NCBI GenBank assembly: GCA_973895155.1
Contig: OZ316895.1
Coordinates: forward strand, 16,002,816-16,066,815
DNA: 64,000 bases
Reading direction: 5' to 3'
Source of the DNA: Marsupella aquatica
Taxonomy: Eukaryota; Plantae; Marchantiophyta
Part shown: positions 62,736 through 64,000 of the stretch, in pieces
Layout of the letters: each line of letters opens with the position of its first letter
Position numbering within the stretch: the stretch's first letter is position 1
Made by a program: the position numbers and the translations under genes
Notes under the pieces: model-generated
Seen by the model: only the letters and a program-made list of their open reading frames with translations
The model's database searches: none
Told to the model about the DNA's origin: nothing

Positions 62736-62980
62736 TCCACTCTTCATAAACTAAGTTTTCCTCAACAAAAGCCAGTTCATTGGATACCGTTGATTTTTCT
62801 TAAATCACAACTGGCCATCAAAAACTAAAAATAAGATTAAGCCTCAAAAAGTATAACAACAGATAGTCTCCACTTTTCATGAAGTTTTCCTCAAGGGAAG
62901 CCAGTTCATAATTGGATACCTTTGATCTGCCCATCAAGAATTATAATAAGCATTAAAAACTATAACAACAGGTCCCGCCA
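62736..62980 (+). repeat. Copies 2 and 3 of a ~105-130 bp tandem unit whose first copy lies at ~50839-50940 on the other side of the LINE
   Basis: ctccaStYttcat..aagttttcctcaa..aagccagttcat..tggatacc..ccatcaa..aaaa.tataacaacag present at 50839, 62736 and 62868. Confidence 0.8.
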
Positions 62981-63084
62981 TTTTCTTTATAGTGGTGCTT
63001 CTTAGCTTTTTCTGTGCCAAAGAAAATAAGGAAAGCAAAGATAGAAACAAACATGGAGAACAAGTCACTCCAAAAGTGGAGGAA

Positions 63085-63335
63085 GAATCACTCTTGATCC
63101 TCTTGATCTCCCAATGTAATTGCAAGACAGTACAGTCACTCCAATCCCTGGCCAGTGTCTTCTTTGTAATTGCTCCTCCACTTGATCTCCTAACTGTACT
63201 TGCAAGTATGTCTTCTTTATATTTGCTCCTCCACTTGATCTCCTAACTGTACTTGCAAGTAAAGCCATTCCCCTTGATCTCCTCATTGTAATTGCAAGTA
63301 GAGTCACTCCAATCCTTGGCCAGTGTCTCCTTTGC
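63085..63335. repeat. Short compound tandem duplications (cttgatctcc / gtaattgcaag / agtcactccaatcc units)
   Basis: ttgctcctccacttgatctcctaactgtacttgcaagta twice (~63170, ~63222); agtcactccaatccYtggccagtgtct twice (~63134, ~63302). Confidence 0.75.
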
Positions 63336-64000
63336 ATTTGCCCCTGCCCTAATGTATCCTCCATATATGTGCCATGCAATGCAAACAGAGTGTGGTAGCC
63401 CCCTCCCCTTGGTACTCCCATGAAATGAGTACATAACATGAAAACCAATATAATTGGCAAAATTGAATCAAATGGTAATGATTTAGGGGATAAACAACTC
63501 TGAGCCGGGGTGGCAGGGTTAAAAGATGCATGCATGAGGGAACCACCACATGTGACATCTTTTAGATAACATTATTTTTTGTGTAACAACATCCTGTGTG
63601 CAATGTTCTCTTTTGCACAAGATCATCCTTTCAATTCTATGACAGACTTCTTTTACTAGCTTAATGAAATCTTTTGTGTAATGATATCCCTCTACTAAAC
63701 AACATATTTTCTGCAACAACAGCTTTAACTTAATATGACATGTTTAATTTGGACAATGATATAATTTACTTAACTACATCTTTTATACAATGATATTTTT
63801 TGTGTAACGCCTGGGATTGAACTCCTACATAATATGTATAAGGGGAACCATCCATTCAGGACTTCTCCCTTTCTACACATCCCCCTCACATTCTTTCCTC
63901 TAAGGGGCCAGTCTGCTCCATCATTTCAGGAATTTTTTATAGTCAATAGTAAAATTTACGTGGATCATACGAGTAACCCGTAGCTCTTGACGGCCGGGGC

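Overview
Eukaryotic nuclear DNA from a land plant. Spliceosomal introns, a plastid ClpS1 gene and the gene/TE style suggest a non-seed plant such as a bryophyte (inference). Four intact host genes are present: UTP6 (+, 1680-5017), a Trithorax-type H3K4 methyltransferase of the ATX1/2 class (+, ~11184-23286), plastid ClpS1 (-, 26538-27688) and a secreted-type polyamine oxidase (+, 40998-~46263). Between and beyond them lie a 7.7 kb PIF/Harbinger transposon (26-bp TIRs, TTA TSD, extra ORFs, nested Helitron-type ends), a tRNA-derived SINE inside an LRR pseudogene, and a CRE-like non-LTR retrotransposon with a restriction-like endonuclease. The standout element sits inside that LINE at 51744-59508. 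It is a Ty3/Gypsy-type retroelement with the order Gag - protease - C5 cytosine DNA methyltransferase - RT - RNase H - integrase - PHD finger. It has TG...CA ends and a 4-bp TSD, but I found no long terminal repeats by eye. It also has a GC-rich 5'-terminal hairpin and a strongly CpG-depleted coding region. This copy is decayed (C-to-T stops, probable deletion of the methyltransferase C-terminus). All calls are from reading the sequence; no database searches were run.
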